Assembly (NCBI GenBank): GCA_004431415.1
Contig: QPMI01000131.1
Location: 9,983-73,982 of the forward strand
Length of the DNA stretch: 64,000 bases
Reading direction: 5' to 3'
Source of the DNA: Cyanophora paradoxa CCMP329
Lineage: Eukaryota > Plantae > Glaucophyta
Shown: one piece after another, positions 48,001-60,989 of the stretch
Position numbering within the stretch: position 1 is the first letter of the stretch
How the letters are laid out: every line of letters begins with the position of its first letter
Notes under the pieces: model-generated
Databases searched by the model: none
What the model was told of the DNA's origin: nothing
The model's input: the letters and a program-made list of their open reading frames with translations, nothing else
Program-made: the position numbers and the translations under genes

Positions 48001-51000
48001 CCCGCGAGGCGGCGCCGCTCCCCTCCGCGCTCCCGTCGCGATCGGAGAAGGCGTCGCCGTCGTTCTGCAGCGCCGCGCGCGTCGTGCCGGACTCGCGGCC
48101 CCGCGTCGCCGCCCCACCGAGCCGCCCCCGCCGTCCGAAGAGCGCGCCTCCGCCAGCTCCGCTGCGAGCCGCGGCCGGTCGGGGCAGGGGCAGGGGATGG
48201 GCCAGCAGGGAGGGGCGGGAGCGGACCGGGGGAGCGGGCGGGGCGGGTGCGGAGGGAGTGGGAGCCGGGGGCCCGGGCCCTGCCGACGACGACGGCCTCG
48301 ACGCTCGTGAGGAACTCGACGGGCGAGTTGCGCGCCCGCGTGCGGGGCGGCCCTCCGCCCCGGCCCCGCCCTCGGCCCCGCCCCCGACCCGGGCCCTCCC
48401 GCAGAGCCCTCGGTCGCGATCGGGCTCGAGCTCGTGCGCCCCGGCCGCAAGCTGTGCACGGCGACGAGCGCGCCGGCCGCCCCCTCCAGCTCCGACCCCT
48501 CGCGGCCGCCCCCGTACGCGTGGCCGCCCCGGAGCCGCCCTCGGCCTCGGCGCGGTCCGTGCGGGCGCCGCTCCTGCCTCCGGCGCTGCCGGCCTCGCCG
48601 GCCTCGAGCGCGGGCTCGCCCTCGCCGCGGGCGTCGGCGTCGGAAAAGCCCTCCTCGACGTCCTCGTCCGACGAGTCGCCGCCCTCGCCTGCGCGGGCGG
48701 GCGAGCGCCCCCCGCTCGGCCAGGGTCGAGCTCGAGGGGCCGGGGCCGGGGCACCGATGGGGTCGGCGCGCTGGTAGATGCCGCTGATGTGCGCCGCGAC
48801 GTGCGAGGGGAGCGCGGAGACGATCTCCCCCACGCCCTGCCCGCCCGCGCCCACCCCCGCGCGCCTCATGATCAGTGCCAGCGCTCGTATTGGGCCTGCC
48901 CCTGTCTATGGGCGGGGCGCACGTTCTGGACGCGGCGGACGCGGGAGAAGGTGGCGCGGAAGAGGCCGGGCCCGGTGGCGAGGAGGAAGAGGAGGACGGT
49001 GGCGAGGAGGCCGTACACGAAGGCCCGCGTCCCCGCCGTCCACGCCTCCACCTCCGCCAGGTACGCCTCCCCCGCCCCCTCCAGCCTGCCCCGCCGCCCG
49101 CGCCCGCGCGGTCCGATTAGCGACTTGGGCGGGGCGGAGCCGGGGCCGGGGCGGACTGGGCGAGGAGGGGCCCGCGGACGTTGCTGGCGAGCCAGCGGAA
49201 GCGGAAGTCGGCCGGCGAGGCGACCTCCTCGGGGGGCGCCAGCGGCAGCTGCGCACGCAGAGGCCGGCGTCGGGTCCAGAGGGCGCAGAGGCGGGGGGCG
49301 GGGTGCGGGGTCTGGCGGCGGGGCGGGGCGGACGAGGCGGGCGCGGCCGAGGGCGACGGAGGCGGCGTCGAGCGGCGTGAAGGCAGCCGGCACCGCCTCC
49401 GCGACGCTCGCCCCCGGCGCCGCCATTGGCGGGGCGCCCGGCAGGAACTGCGCGAGGGGCCGACGTCACGACTCGGCGACGCCGACACAACACGAAGGCC
49501 GGCGGGGGCGGGGCGGGGCGAGGGGCGGGCGCCTCGAGGAGGGTGAGGGAGGGGGAGCGCCAGAAGCCGTACACGGACGCCGCGTTGCTGCGCATGCGCG
49601 ATGGACGCCCCTTCGGTTCGACCGCAAAGGCAGCCGCGAGGGGCCGTAGAGGGCGGGAGGGGAAGGGCACGCGGACCCGGGGCCGGCGTGGCGGGCGCCC
49701 TCGGTCTCGGCGGGGCCCCCGAATCGGACCATCGTGAGGGCCTCCGCGAGGCGCTCGGCCTGCACCGCCAGCCCCGCCCCCGCCTCCGCCAGCGCCCCCG
49801 CCCCGGCCCCCCGCACCGCCTCCCACGCCTGGCCCGCCGCCGCGCGCCGCCGTCAGAAGGGCGGCGGATGCGCAGGCTGAGGGGTACAATTAAAGGCGCG
49901 CACGGCCATCTGGTAGGTGCGCGCCGCGTAGGCGACCTGCACGAGGGCGCGCCCTACGAACCTGCGGCGAGCGCGGGGCTCGCGGCGGGCGGGCGGCGTG
50001 GGCGGGGCGGGGCGGGCGGGGCGCGCGGTGCGGCGAGGAGGCGGGCGGTGAGGTCGCGGCCGGCGTCGAGGAGGGCGGCGAGGAGGGCGAGCTCGAGGGC
50101 GAGGACGAGGGCCGTCGCACTGAAGCCGACCCCGAGCCCCACCTTGATCGCCCGCGACGCCTGCCCCTGCGTGTTCTCCGCCTGCCCCCGCCCCGCGCCT
50201 CGGCCTCAGCCGGGAGCCGCGGTGCGAGAGTGGTTGGCCTCGGAGACCTGCACGGCGGCGCGGCGGGCCTTGCGCCAGTGCGATGAGCCGCCCGACCTGT
50301 GCCGCGCCCGCCCCCTCGGGGCCCGCCCGGCGGGACTAGCATGTGGGGCGGGCCGCGCACTGGGAGCGACCGCCGTCGGCCTGCGGGCCGGCGTCCGCGC
50401 GCGCCTCGTCTGCAGCCCCGCCCCGCGCCGTCGGCGACGCCGGCGCCGCAATCGCGACAGCCGGGGCCAAGGGCGAGCGCACTCTCCTCGATCTCGTCGG
50501 CGGCGGCGAACTGGGCGGCGGCGGCCTCCGGGTCGTTCTGGATGTCCTGCAGGAAGATCCCGTACGTCCGCATGATCACTGCCCCCCGCCCCCGCCCCTC
50601 AGCCCGCTCGGAGGACTAGGGTCAGCCGCCTAGCTTTAGGCAGCACAGGGGAGGGGGGGGGGGGGAGGGGGGGGGAGGGGGGGGGGGGGGGGGGGGGGGT
50701 TTCGGATGCGGACCCTTGGAGGAGGGGAACTTGGAGGTGAGCTGGGCGTAGGCGGCGGCCGCCTCGTGCTTGCTGCGGTTGATCGTCGCGATGCGGCGGT
50801 ACAGCGTCGCCAGCGCCCCCTCCCCCGCCAGCTGCCGCGAGTCCGCGATCTGCGGCCCGGCCCCGCCGGCCCGGCCCCTCGTCATCGGCCGCCGAGGTCT
50901 CGGGTCGGGGCGGGGGGTTGGGGGCCGGGGGCGGGCCTGGGACCAGAGGGCCTTCAGCGCGTGGAGAGCCTCGTTGTGGGCCTTGGTCGCCGCCTGGAAG

Positions 51001-54000
51001 AGCCGCCGGAACTCCAGCAGCTGCGCCCCCGCCCGAGCGAATTAAAATCGGCCACAGCGATGTTGGAGAGGCCTAGGGGGCGGAGGGGAAGCGGGGGGCT
51101 AAGGACCGGCGCACCCGCACGAAGTTCATGCTCTTCTCGCCCAGGTTGGCGCTCGCGAGCTGCTGCTGCTCCCAGCTCCGCCGCTTCTGGCTCGCCAGCA
51201 CCTGCCGCCCTAGGCCTCTCAGGCACGGCTCGCAGTCGAGAGGGCCAGCGGGCGGGGCGGGGCGGCCGGGTCGGGGCGGGCCTTCATGTCGTAGGAGGCG
51301 AGGCCGCGGCACTTCTCGTCGGCGCGGCGGACCTCGCGCATGGCGGAGGCGGCGTCCTGCGCCGCGCAGAAGCGGAGGCCGGCGAGCTGGACGTGGAGGA
51401 ACGCCGAGGCGGGGTAGAGGGCCAGGCCCGCCCGGTACACCCGCTCCGCCTCCTCCACGCCCCCCTCCGACGCCCTGCATGCGCGCCCGGCGGCCCCGCC
51501 GCGCCGATCAGACCGAAGCGGGGGCCGGCCGGCAGAACGGATTATAGGCAGAGCGGCGACGTCGACGGACCGGCGGGTCTCGAGGAGGAAGCGGGCGGCG
51601 GTGTCGAGCTGCGCCTCGGCGAGGAAGCCGAGGGCCGGGGGCGGCAGGAGGAGCCGCAGCCGCCCCGCCACTGCCCCGTACAGCGACCGCCGCCCCTCCG
51701 CCGCCGCCCGCTCCCGCAGGTCCTTCATCGTCACCGCCCGCCGCCCCGCCAGCCCCAGCGCGTCCGCCGCCGCGCCCGGGGCGAGGCCGGGGGCCGCCCG
51801 CGGGCCGCCGCCGCGTCGACCTTCACCGCCGCGAGGGCCGCGGCGGCGGCAGCGCTCGCGGAGGAGGAGATGGTCGTCCGCTTGCGGGTGACGGCGGGGC
51901 CGGGGCCCGGGCTGGGCCCCGGCCGCCCCCACGCCGCCTTCGAATTCTTCGCCGGCGCCTGCGCCGCCTCCGCACCGGCCTTGCCCTTGGCCTCGGGCTC
52001 GCGATCGGGCTCAGCGGTGAGGAGCTGCGGGGAGGCGGTGTGCGCGTCGCTGTTCGTCCGCGAGCGCGACGCCTCCGCCGACGAGGCCGCTGGGGCGGGG
52101 GCGGGGGCCACGACGGCGGAGGTCACGACCACAGCGCTAGCGGGGCGACGGAGCGCGAGCCTGTCGAGCTCGCCTTGCGCTCCGCGCTCGCGCCGGCGGG
52201 CGGCGCGGGCGGCCCCGGCAGGGCGCGGAGCGTCGGCTGCCACGAGCGGGTGTCGAGGCCGTGGAGGGACCAGTCGCGGGCGTGGCCCCAGAGCGCCTCG
52301 CGGCGCTCGAGCTCGGCGAGGGCCCGCGGCACGCCGGCGCCGACGAGGGCGAAGAAGCGGCGGGCGGAGCGGGCGCCGGCGAGGGCGACGAGGGGCGTGG
52401 CGGCGAGGCAGGCGGCGGAGAGGGCGAGCGAGGCCGACGTGCCTTCCGTGCGCCCCGCGTGCCCGAAGAGCTGCAGCATCAGCAGCGACGAGAAACTCGC
52501 CCACGCGTTCTGTCCCCGCGCTCAGCACGAGGACGGCGGGATCGCGGGCCGGGCGGGGGCCGGGGCGGGGGCACCATGGCGAAGAGGGCGCTCTTGAGCT
52601 CGTTCATGCGGGGGTTCAGGAAGGGCAGGAGGGTCTGCGGGGCAGTGAGCCTCGAAGGAGGCCCCGGGGCGAGCGGGGGCCCCGGGCCCCGGGCCCGGGC
52701 GGGGGGCGGCGGACGGAGGAGAGGGCGAGCATGGCGAGGGAGACGAGGAGGACGAGGAGGAGGAAGGGGGTCTCCCCGCCCCACATGAACACCTTTGCCA
52801 CCGAGATCGCCACCTGCCCACACGATCGCGAGCTGATCATAAGCTCGGGCTGTGCTGGGGAAAGCGCGGCCCGCCCCGGCGCCCCGGCGCCCCAGCGCAC
52901 GGAGCCGGCGCTGTAGGCGAAGGCGACGCGGCCGTGGGCGCGGACGTCCCACTTGGGGGAGAGGGGGTCCGAGTCGAAGTAGACGAGCTGCGTCGCGAAG
53001 CTGAAGACGATGAAGAAGGGGAAGACCCCCGCCGCCACCGCGCTGTGCAGCGCCTGTACATGTCCCCGAGCGCGGCATGCATGAGCGTAAATAATAAATT
53101 CACAGATCTATATCTAGACTCTGAGAAGAAGTGATCACGCACCGGAACCGGCAAGGTGCACTCAAATCCGCCGTCTGTTGTCCCTGCGCCCCCGATCGCC
53201 AGTCAAATGCGCCGGCCACCGCGTTCGAATTCACGACTTCAAGACAGAACGCATTCGAGTTTGGATATGAGATTCAGGTATGTGCACCTGGGAAGAAACA
53301 GACAATGCCCTAAAAAACGGGAAGCGGCCGTCAATTTCGAGTGCACTGACAGTTAATTCGAATGGAACTTCGGAATTCGAGGGGCTCACCGAGAGGTACT
53401 GGTTCACGACTGAGAAGAACCTGCAGCACAGGATGAAAGAATCGGTCATTGTCAGCGGCGTGCGTGCAGATCGAGCGGTAGGCGGCCAGAGCCAGCCGTT
53501 CGTGCAGGCGGACTCTTAACAGCACAGGATCGGGGACGTTAAGCGCGGTTACAGACTCGCAGCGCCACATTCATATTTAATTTATTCACACATAGTTAGA
53601 GCAGACTGTTTCTAGAACGATTGCGGCCGGGCCGCGGGCGAGCTCCAAATTAAAGCTTCGCGTTATAGTTCTAAATCAATAACGTTAACAGAACCAGACT
53701 GGGCAGTGATCATGAATTCGAAGGGCGCGCACAGCGTCTCGGTGACGAGGGGGACGACGGCCCGCAGGACCTTGATCGGCAGCACGCGCACGTTGTTCTG
53801 CCGGCCGCTGCGGTGAGAAAAGACGGGACGACCGCACCTTCGATCGCGGCCCGAATATTAATTCCGATACAAACCTGCTGGAACATGTATCCCGCTTGAG
53901 CTGCGCGGTCGCGTGCATGCGTTAATTTCGCGAGGCGGTGTGTGTGTGCACGTGTGTGTGTGGTTGGAGCTCGAGGCGGGCGGGAATTCGAACTCGAAGG

Positions 54001-54862
54001 GCACCGGTGAGGGCGAAGGCGAGGAGGGTGGCGAGGGTGCAGCTCCAGAACTGGAGGAGCTCGGCGAGGCGGGAGCCGCCGAAGTCGAGCCAGCCGTGCA
54101 GCGCGTCCGTGAAGCGCAGCAGCGAGAAGAGGCGCGGGTCCCACGAGTCCGACACCGCGAAGTCCTGCCACGCGTCCCACGTGAGCGGATCGCGAGCTCG
54201 AGCTGTCCGATAAAGGGAAACGTCTTCAAAGTTAATGAAGGGCGCACGAGGAACTGAATCCAGTCGATGATCTCGCTGAGGACAGGAAGAATGCAATTAC
54301 GTAGAAATCCAGTGGGGTTCCCCCCGCGATCGTTGACGGCTGTGCCGGGGTGGCGAGCGCATCAATAATTATAAGATAAATTCAAAATAAATTTATAAAG
54401 AGCTTCAGCCTGGCGAGAAGACGAATTCATATCTGGATTAATATTCGCGCACCAAACAAAATACCTGCAGGCGCGCGATGATCAGAACTCGAAATCGACA
54501 AACGAATTGAAAAAGACGAGCTCAGCGGCTTCTCATAATTAAATCCAATATAAAATCTGGTGCGCATGCGCACTCAAGATGATGGAAAGAGCCTTGGGCT
54601 GCGGGGGCCCGCTGCCGTTGCCCGCCCCGTCCTGATCGTCGTGGATCAGCTGCAGCAGGTGGCCATCGGACTGGGACCGCGTGCGCAGCAGCTGCAGCTT
54701 GGAATCCGCCGCTGCGGCCGCGCCAGCAGCCGCGGCCGCGGCCACGTCGCCCTCCGCTGCGGGCCGGGGCTCCCCGCGGCCGGCGGTTTTCGCGGGCGAG
54801 GCGACGGAGGAGGCTTTCCGCGAGATGCTCCCGCGGACGCCCACCGCGCCCGCCGCGGCCAT
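45027..54862 (-). CDS. Large multi-pass membrane protein of the TmcB/TmcC (tiny macrocysts) type; many short introns
   Basis: N-terminal TM region (IIDWIQFL; QLVYFDSDPLSPKWDVRAHGR; LLPFLNPRMNELKSA). TPR-like segments (EAERVYRAGLALYPASAFLH; AYAQLTSKFPSS; MRTYGIFLQDIQNDPEAA). C-terminal TM helices ending FLATIPQQCRDIPELRRLFLRQ*. Confidence 0.7.
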
Positions 54863-54892
54863 GACCCCGCGGCCGCGCTCGAGGCCTTGGCC

Positions 54893-54899
54893 TTTATAG
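54893..54899 (-). promoter_or_regulatory. Candidate TATA box
   Basis: CTATAAAG on the minus strand ~30 bp upstream of the ATG at 54862, in GC-rich context. Confidence 0.35.
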
Positions 54900-56094
54900 C
54901 TAGCTGCCAGGCTGGTTGTTGAATTGGCCTAAGCTCAGCGCCGCGGCTCGGGCCCCGGGGGCTGAAAACAACTTGATGGATGCGAGTTTGCAGCTTTCCA
55001 AATTTGCAGCTGCGATGAAACTCAGTGACTGAAGCGGCTGCGCTGAATTCGAAGCTAGCGCTGCGAGGGCGACTTGGACCAGATGTAGCCAGCGGTAGAG
55101 AACCAACCTTTGAACGCTACAACCGTTGAACTGCGTGCACATGTACAGCCGTTGAACCGCTGAGCTGCAGCGCGCATGACACCGAGCCGGCGAGTCTCTG
55201 CGCTGGCGTGCTGCTATATATATAGCGCAGTGCTGCGCATGCCGCTGCTGCCGGTGCTGCTGCCGCGCGCAGTGCTGCGCTGCATGCTGCTCGACGCGTA
55301 CGGCTGCTGCGCATGCTATACGTATCATAGTATACGTATACGTATATATATCGCATTCGCATGCTAGATCACGCGCTACGCGTGACGTTTACTGTTGCCA
55401 GCGCACCGCGACGCCGTGACGCCGCCGCCGCGGCCCGCCGGCGCCGGTAACACTTGCGCGGCAAGTTGCGCCGGCGCGCGCGGCGCCGGCGCGGCCGATC
55501 ACGGCGATGCACTCGGATGCAGGCCTGATCATGAGCTATACCGGTACGAGGAAGCTAAGCGCTCAGCGGCAAGCGTGCCACGGTGGTCCGATGATCGCCG
55601 TTGATCGGTCGCGAGTCTCGCGACTCTGCGACTCGACTGCGAGCCGCGCCTTATATCTCCGCCGATGAGGCGCGATGATTATGAGCATGGCCATCGGCCG
55701 ATGGAGCGCTAGCTGCGCTACTAGGCTACTACTGCTGCGCTAGCCGTGAATCGCCCACGAAACGGCGCAATGTACGCAGCAGACTGCCAGCAGTAGGCTT
55801 TAGGCTTTGGCTGCCGAAATCCTGAAATGATTCGCCGGTGAACTTGATTGGATAAACGCTGTAAAGCAGACGAGAAAAAAACGAAAAAAAGACTGCGATT
55901 GGCTGCGCCTAGCTGCATCGGGGATTGCTCCCAGAAAGGCGCCCCTTGAGGCGCCTCTTCCGAAGTTCGAACCAGAGAGGCTGGGGGATACCGGAGAAGA
56001 GGAGGGGTGTTGGGAGGTGTGTGTGCGCATGCCGCGCGCCGTGGGCCGGACGGCCCGCCCGGCCCGGCCACTGCGCGCGGGGCTGCGGCCGGCC

Positions 56095-59000
56095 TCACTG
56101 GAGGCTAGAGGACGACCCAGCCGCCGGGGTCCTGGTCGGAGGAGCCCGGCGGCAGGTGCCGCGGCCCGGGCCCCGCCCCTGCCGCCGGCGCGAAGGCGAG
56201 CGGGGGCGGAGGGGCGGGCCCCGCGCTCCCGCGCTGCTGCAGCAGCGGCGAGGTGCGCGCGGGCGGCCGCGGCGGGGCCCCGAGGAGGCGCGCGGGCGGC
56301 AGGGCCGGCGCCGAGGGTGAGGGGGTACGAGGCGTGGCGGCGCTCGCCGGGCCCGAGGCGGGAGCCGGGGCTGCCCGGGGGCGGGCGGTGCGGGGCGGCC
56401 ATCGGCTGCGGGCGGTCGTCCTCGCCGTCGTGCGCCTTGCGCGGCGAGGGCGGCACGGCGCTCTCCTCCCCGTGCCCGTGCCCGTGCGGGCCCGCAGCGC
56501 CGGCTCGCCCCCGAGCGACGCACGCGGCTGCGGCAGCGCCGAGGGCCCCGGCGCCAGCGTCGGCCGGCTCAGCTCCTTTACCTGCACCCCGGCGGCTCGC
56601 CTCGGCGGGGTTCGGCGTGGGGCGGGGCGGGGCCGGACGGGCCTGGTGCTTGAGCCAGAGCTCGAAGGTGAGGCTCTGGTGCTGCAGGAAGCCGGCGCTG
56701 TACTTGCCCCGTATTCCCATCTGCCCGAAGTCTGCCCGCGCCGCCCGGCGTGAGGCGCGCGGGAGACAGGCGGCGCGTGGCGGGGCGAGGCGTGGCGGGG
56801 CGGGCGGGGCTACGTGGGCGCGGGGCGCGGGCCGCACCGTACCAGCGGGAGTCGCGGAGGCGGCGGAGGGAGTCGCGGAAGGAGGGGAGGAAGGAGCCCG
56901 TGCGCAGGTCCTGCGCCCCCCCTTAGCCCTCAGCGCGCCCCGCGAGCGAGCGGGGCGGGGGCCGGGGCGGGCCTTGAAGTGGGCGCCGAGGGTGACGCGG
57001 ACGTCGAGGCGCGCCTCCTCCCACTCGCTCTCCTCCAGCCGCCGCCCCAGCCGCGCCTCCACCTGCCCGTCCCGTTGGAACTCGCCTCGCTGGCGGGCAA
57101 GCGGGCGGGCGGGGCGGGCCTGGACTTGGTCGTTGGCGACGCTGCAGACCTCGTTCCAGCGCGCCGGCAGCGGGCCCATCTCCTCCACCGACCGCGGCCC
57201 CCGCTGCGCCCGCAGCCGCCCGCCCGCGTCGCCCCGGAGCTCGAGCGCGGGCGGGCGGGCGGGCGGGCGGGCGGGCGGGGCGGCGCACCCCGTCGAAGGA
57301 CTTGCGGGGGGCAGCATCCCGCTCGGCGACTCCGACTCCTGCCCGCCCCGCCCCGCCCCGTCAGGCCCGCCGCGCCCGGCCGCAGGCGTCGCGGGCGCCG
57401 CGGCGGGGCGGGCGCACCCTCCGCCGGCCGCCGCCGCCCGAGTCCCCCGCGCCGCCCGACGCGCCCTCGGCGCCTGCGGTGCGTGCGGGTCGGGCCGAGC
57501 CGACGAGCAAGCGGGCCGGAGCGGGGCGGGGGGTTTAGTGCGGACGCTGGAAGGCGCGCTTGAAGGTGGTGTAGACCATGAGGTGCACCAGCCGCTCCGT
57601 CCAGTCCTGCGCCCCCGGCCCCGCCTCACGCGAGGCGGGGCAAAGCAAAGCAAAGCAAAGCGGAGGGGGCGGGCGGGCCAGCTTGATGACGCCGGGGTAT
57701 GCGGCCTCGGGGCGGAAGGGGGCGCAGAAGATGTCCACGCCGCGCTGGAGCAGCCACGCGTACACGCGCGCCGTCGCCATCGAGAGCTCCGCCGTCGACG
57801 CCGACGGCACCACCGCTGCCACGGCCTCTCGGGGGTGCGCGGGCGGGCGGGGCGGGCGGGGCGGACCGGTGAGGACGTCGGGGAAGATGATCGCCAGGCC
57901 CGGCGTCCGCGTCAGCGACGCCAGCCGGCTGCCCCCAGCCCGCGGCCCCCGCTCGCTGCAGGCCGGGAGGGGTGGGGCGGGGCGTGGGGGTGGGGGGGAC
58001 CTGTTCTGGGGGAGGGCGGCGCGGGCGGCGAGCTGCTGGCCGCCCCAGTGGAGCATCTGCCGCCCCGCTCAGACCAGGCCCGCCTCCTCAGCCGACCACA
58101 GCCCGGCCCGGCCGCCCTCCCTCTAGCCCCCTCGGGGGGCGGGCGGGGCCGGGGCCGGGGGTCCGGGGGGCGTGCCCACCTTCTCGAGGACGAAGGCGAG
58201 GGCGCGCTTCTTGATGCAGTCGCGCACCTCGGGGCTCTCCCCGAGCCGGTCGTACAGGAACGCCAGGTCCGACGCCAGGTCCTCCCGGAACTCCAGCGAC
58301 CAGGCCCCCGTGTTGGAGGCGGCGCGGCGGGCGAGCTGGCAGGCGTCCCGGAAGAGCAGGTCCTCCCGGTCCCCCGAGAAGTCCTCCCCGGGCGCCGTCG
58401 CCGCGAAGAACGCCTGCGGGGCCGCCCCGTCGGGACGAGGCGGGGGATGCGGAGGGGAGGGCGGGGGCCGGGGAGGGCGGGGCGGACCTGGAGCTCCTCG
58501 TCGAGGCCGGCGGCGAAGCGCGAGAGCTCCGAGAGCGGCATCGTCGTGAACTCTGCCCCCGGCGTCGGCGGGCGGGGGCGGGCAAGGGGAAGGGGGAGGA
58601 TGCGGGGAAGGGAGAGGGGGCGCACCGGTGTCGAGGAGGGAGCCGACGCTGCGCGACCACCTGCCGCCCCGCCTGGCTGAGCGCGGGGCGGGCGGGCGGA
58701 GATCTAGAGGGCCGGGCGGGGCGGGGCGGGGGCGCACCTGCGGCCCGGGGGCCCCTCCTCGCCCAGCATGATGCGGGTCAGGGCGCGCCCCATCGCCATC
58801 TGCACCAGCAGGTACCGGATCTGCGCCCCGCGCCCCGCTCACCCGCCCGCCCGCCCGCCCGCACGCTCGCCCGCTCGCCCCGCGCTGGGTGGGGGCGCGG
58901 GGGCGGGTGGCGACGCGCCTGCTCCATGAGGGAGCGCGGGGAGGGCGTCTGCCGCGCGCCGTCGTCGCCGCCGCCGCGGCCCGGGGCGCCGTGGACGGTG

Positions 59001-59583
59001 TTCACGAGGCGGTCCCGCGGCGAGGTCGCGTTGTCCACGAAGCCCGAGACGCTGAGCTCGCGCCGCCGCGCGTTGTCGTTCGTCCCGAACGGGTCCGCCG
59101 CGCCGCCCCCGAACGTCTCGAAGAGGCCCGTGAAGAACCAGCGCGACTTGGACGACGGCGGCCCGTGTCTGGCCCGCCGCCCGCCCCCCGGTCACCCCCC
59201 CGCGCGCATACGCGCGGTGGCTGGCCCGCAGGCGCGCGGGGGCCGCGGACCTAGAGAAGTCTGACCCGAACCCGTCCCCGCCGCCCGGTATGTGACCGCT
59301 CGCTGCGGAGGAGTGAGCGGCGTACAAATCGAATCGAAGAGTTAGAGAACAACGCCGCGTACGGTTCGAGGCCGGAACGGGCCCGGGGCCATTGCCGGGC
59401 GCTCCAAAGATACGGCGGAACACGTCGCCCAGGGCGCCCCAGCACGCGAACAGGCCCTGAAACCGCGGCGTTACGAGGTCAGGGGCGCTCCCTCGGAGGA
59501 GCCCAGGAGCGCACCGTCTCCTCTCTCGGAGTCGATGTGGGGCCCGGCCGTTGCCGCAGAGGCGGCGGCGGGAGCGGTTGCAT
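56095..59583 (-). CDS. Hypothetical multi-exon host protein of unknown function (3' end approximate)
   Basis: Chain of protein-like exons bounded by GT/GC-AG: MQPLPP...REET|GLFACWG..., IRYLLVQMAMGRALTRIML, LASDLAFLYDRLGES, DWTERLVHLMVYTTFKRAF, FLQHQSLTFELWLKHQ. Confidence 0.55.
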
Positions 59584-59728
59584 CGCGTCGGCGACGCTTT
59601 CCCTCGCGCCTGGAGGCCGCCGCGCCTGCCGTCGGTTGCTCGGGGGATACGCGAATAATACGCAGCTTGAACCCGCCAGCGCTACGTACACTTCCTTAGA
59701 TGCGCCCTTAGCGACTCCACTCGTGAGA

Positions 59729-60869
59729 ATGGGCTCCGCCGCGTCCGCGCGCCGCGAGAAGCTCGAGAACGCGGCGAAGACTGGCGTGCTCTCACTCGCG
59801 GACTCCGGCCTCGCGAAGGTAAACCCGGCGCCGCCTCGTCGGCTGCTGCTCGCTGCCCGTACGCACCTCCCCCCGCCGAGCTGGCGCGTGCTCAGGTCTC
59901 CAAGAAGGTCGTCGCCGTAGCGCCGGCCCTCCGATCGCTGGACCTCTCGGGGAACCGAATCCCGCGGCTGCGACCCGAGCTGCTGCCGGCCCTCAAGTCG
60001 CTCCGCATCCTGGACCTGAGCAGGAACCACCTCGAGGTCCTCGAGCTGCCCGCCGACGTCGGTGCGCCGCGCCGCGCGCGTGCGGCCGGCGCGCTGCGGC
60101 CCGGGGCGAGCGGGGCTGGCGGCAGGGCCGCTGGGGAAGCTGGAGACGCTGAAGGTGGACGGGAACCGGCTGGCGGCGCTGCCCGACCTCTCGGGCCTCC
60201 GCGCCCTGCGCGCCCTCTCCGCCTCCCGCAACCGCCTTGCCGCCCTCGGCCCCTGCCCTCGTCCCTCATCACCCTCGACCTCTCGTCCAACCAGGCACGC
60301 CGCCGCCTCGCGCCCCGCGGCTCGCGCCCCGCGCCCGCCCCCGCGTCTCGCGCGCGCCGCCTGACGGCCGGGGCAGCTGGCGGCGCTGCCGGACGACGTG
60401 GCTCGGCTGCCGGCCCTCGAGGAGCTCACCCTCGCCTCCAACGCCCTCGCCTCCCTTCCCACTGCGCGTGCCGGCCCCCGCCCCCGGCCCCGCGCCGCGG
60501 GGCTGGAACGGCGCCCTGTCGCTGACCGCGGGCGGGGGGCAGGAGTGGGCGGCGTGCCGCTCGCTGCGGGTCCTCGTGCTCTCGGGGAACAAGCTGGCGG
60601 GGCCGCTGCCGGGCTCTCTGCTCGCCGACACGCCCGTGAACCGCGTCGAGGCCGACGGCAACCCCGCCCCCGCCCGCGTCCTCCTCGACGACGCCCCCGG
60701 CTTCCAGCAGGCGCCGCCCCGCTCCGCCCCGCACCCGCCGCCTTTCCGCCGCGCCGGGCGATCGTGACGGGGCGGGGCGCGGGGCGCGCAGTACGAGGGG
60801 CGGCGGGTGGCGCGGGTGGACAAGGGCCTCGCCCAGGTCCAGGGCTTCGGCGGCAAGTGGGCCCCTTAG
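59729..60869 (+). CDS. LRRC57: Leucine-rich repeat protein, LRRC57-like (6 exons)
   Basis: MGSAASARREKLENAAKTGVLSL N-terminus, LRRs (LRSLDLSGNRI, LETLKVDGNRL, LEELTLASNAL) and a GFQQ|YEGRR tail. One homopolymer frameshift near 60253. Confidence 0.7.
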
Positions 60870-60989
60870 GAGCCCGGCGGCCCCGCCCCGCCCCGGCCTC
60901 TGCTCCCTCAAGAGAGGCGAATTCGAGAAGCGAGCGCTGTGAGACAAGTCTGCAGAGGTGGGGGCTGTGGGGGAATCCGAAGGGGCCGT

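Noticed and set aside
50651-50699. Poly-G tract as a functional G-quadruplex element
   Set aside because: Intronic low-complexity run of unreliable length; G-runs are ubiquitous in these introns.
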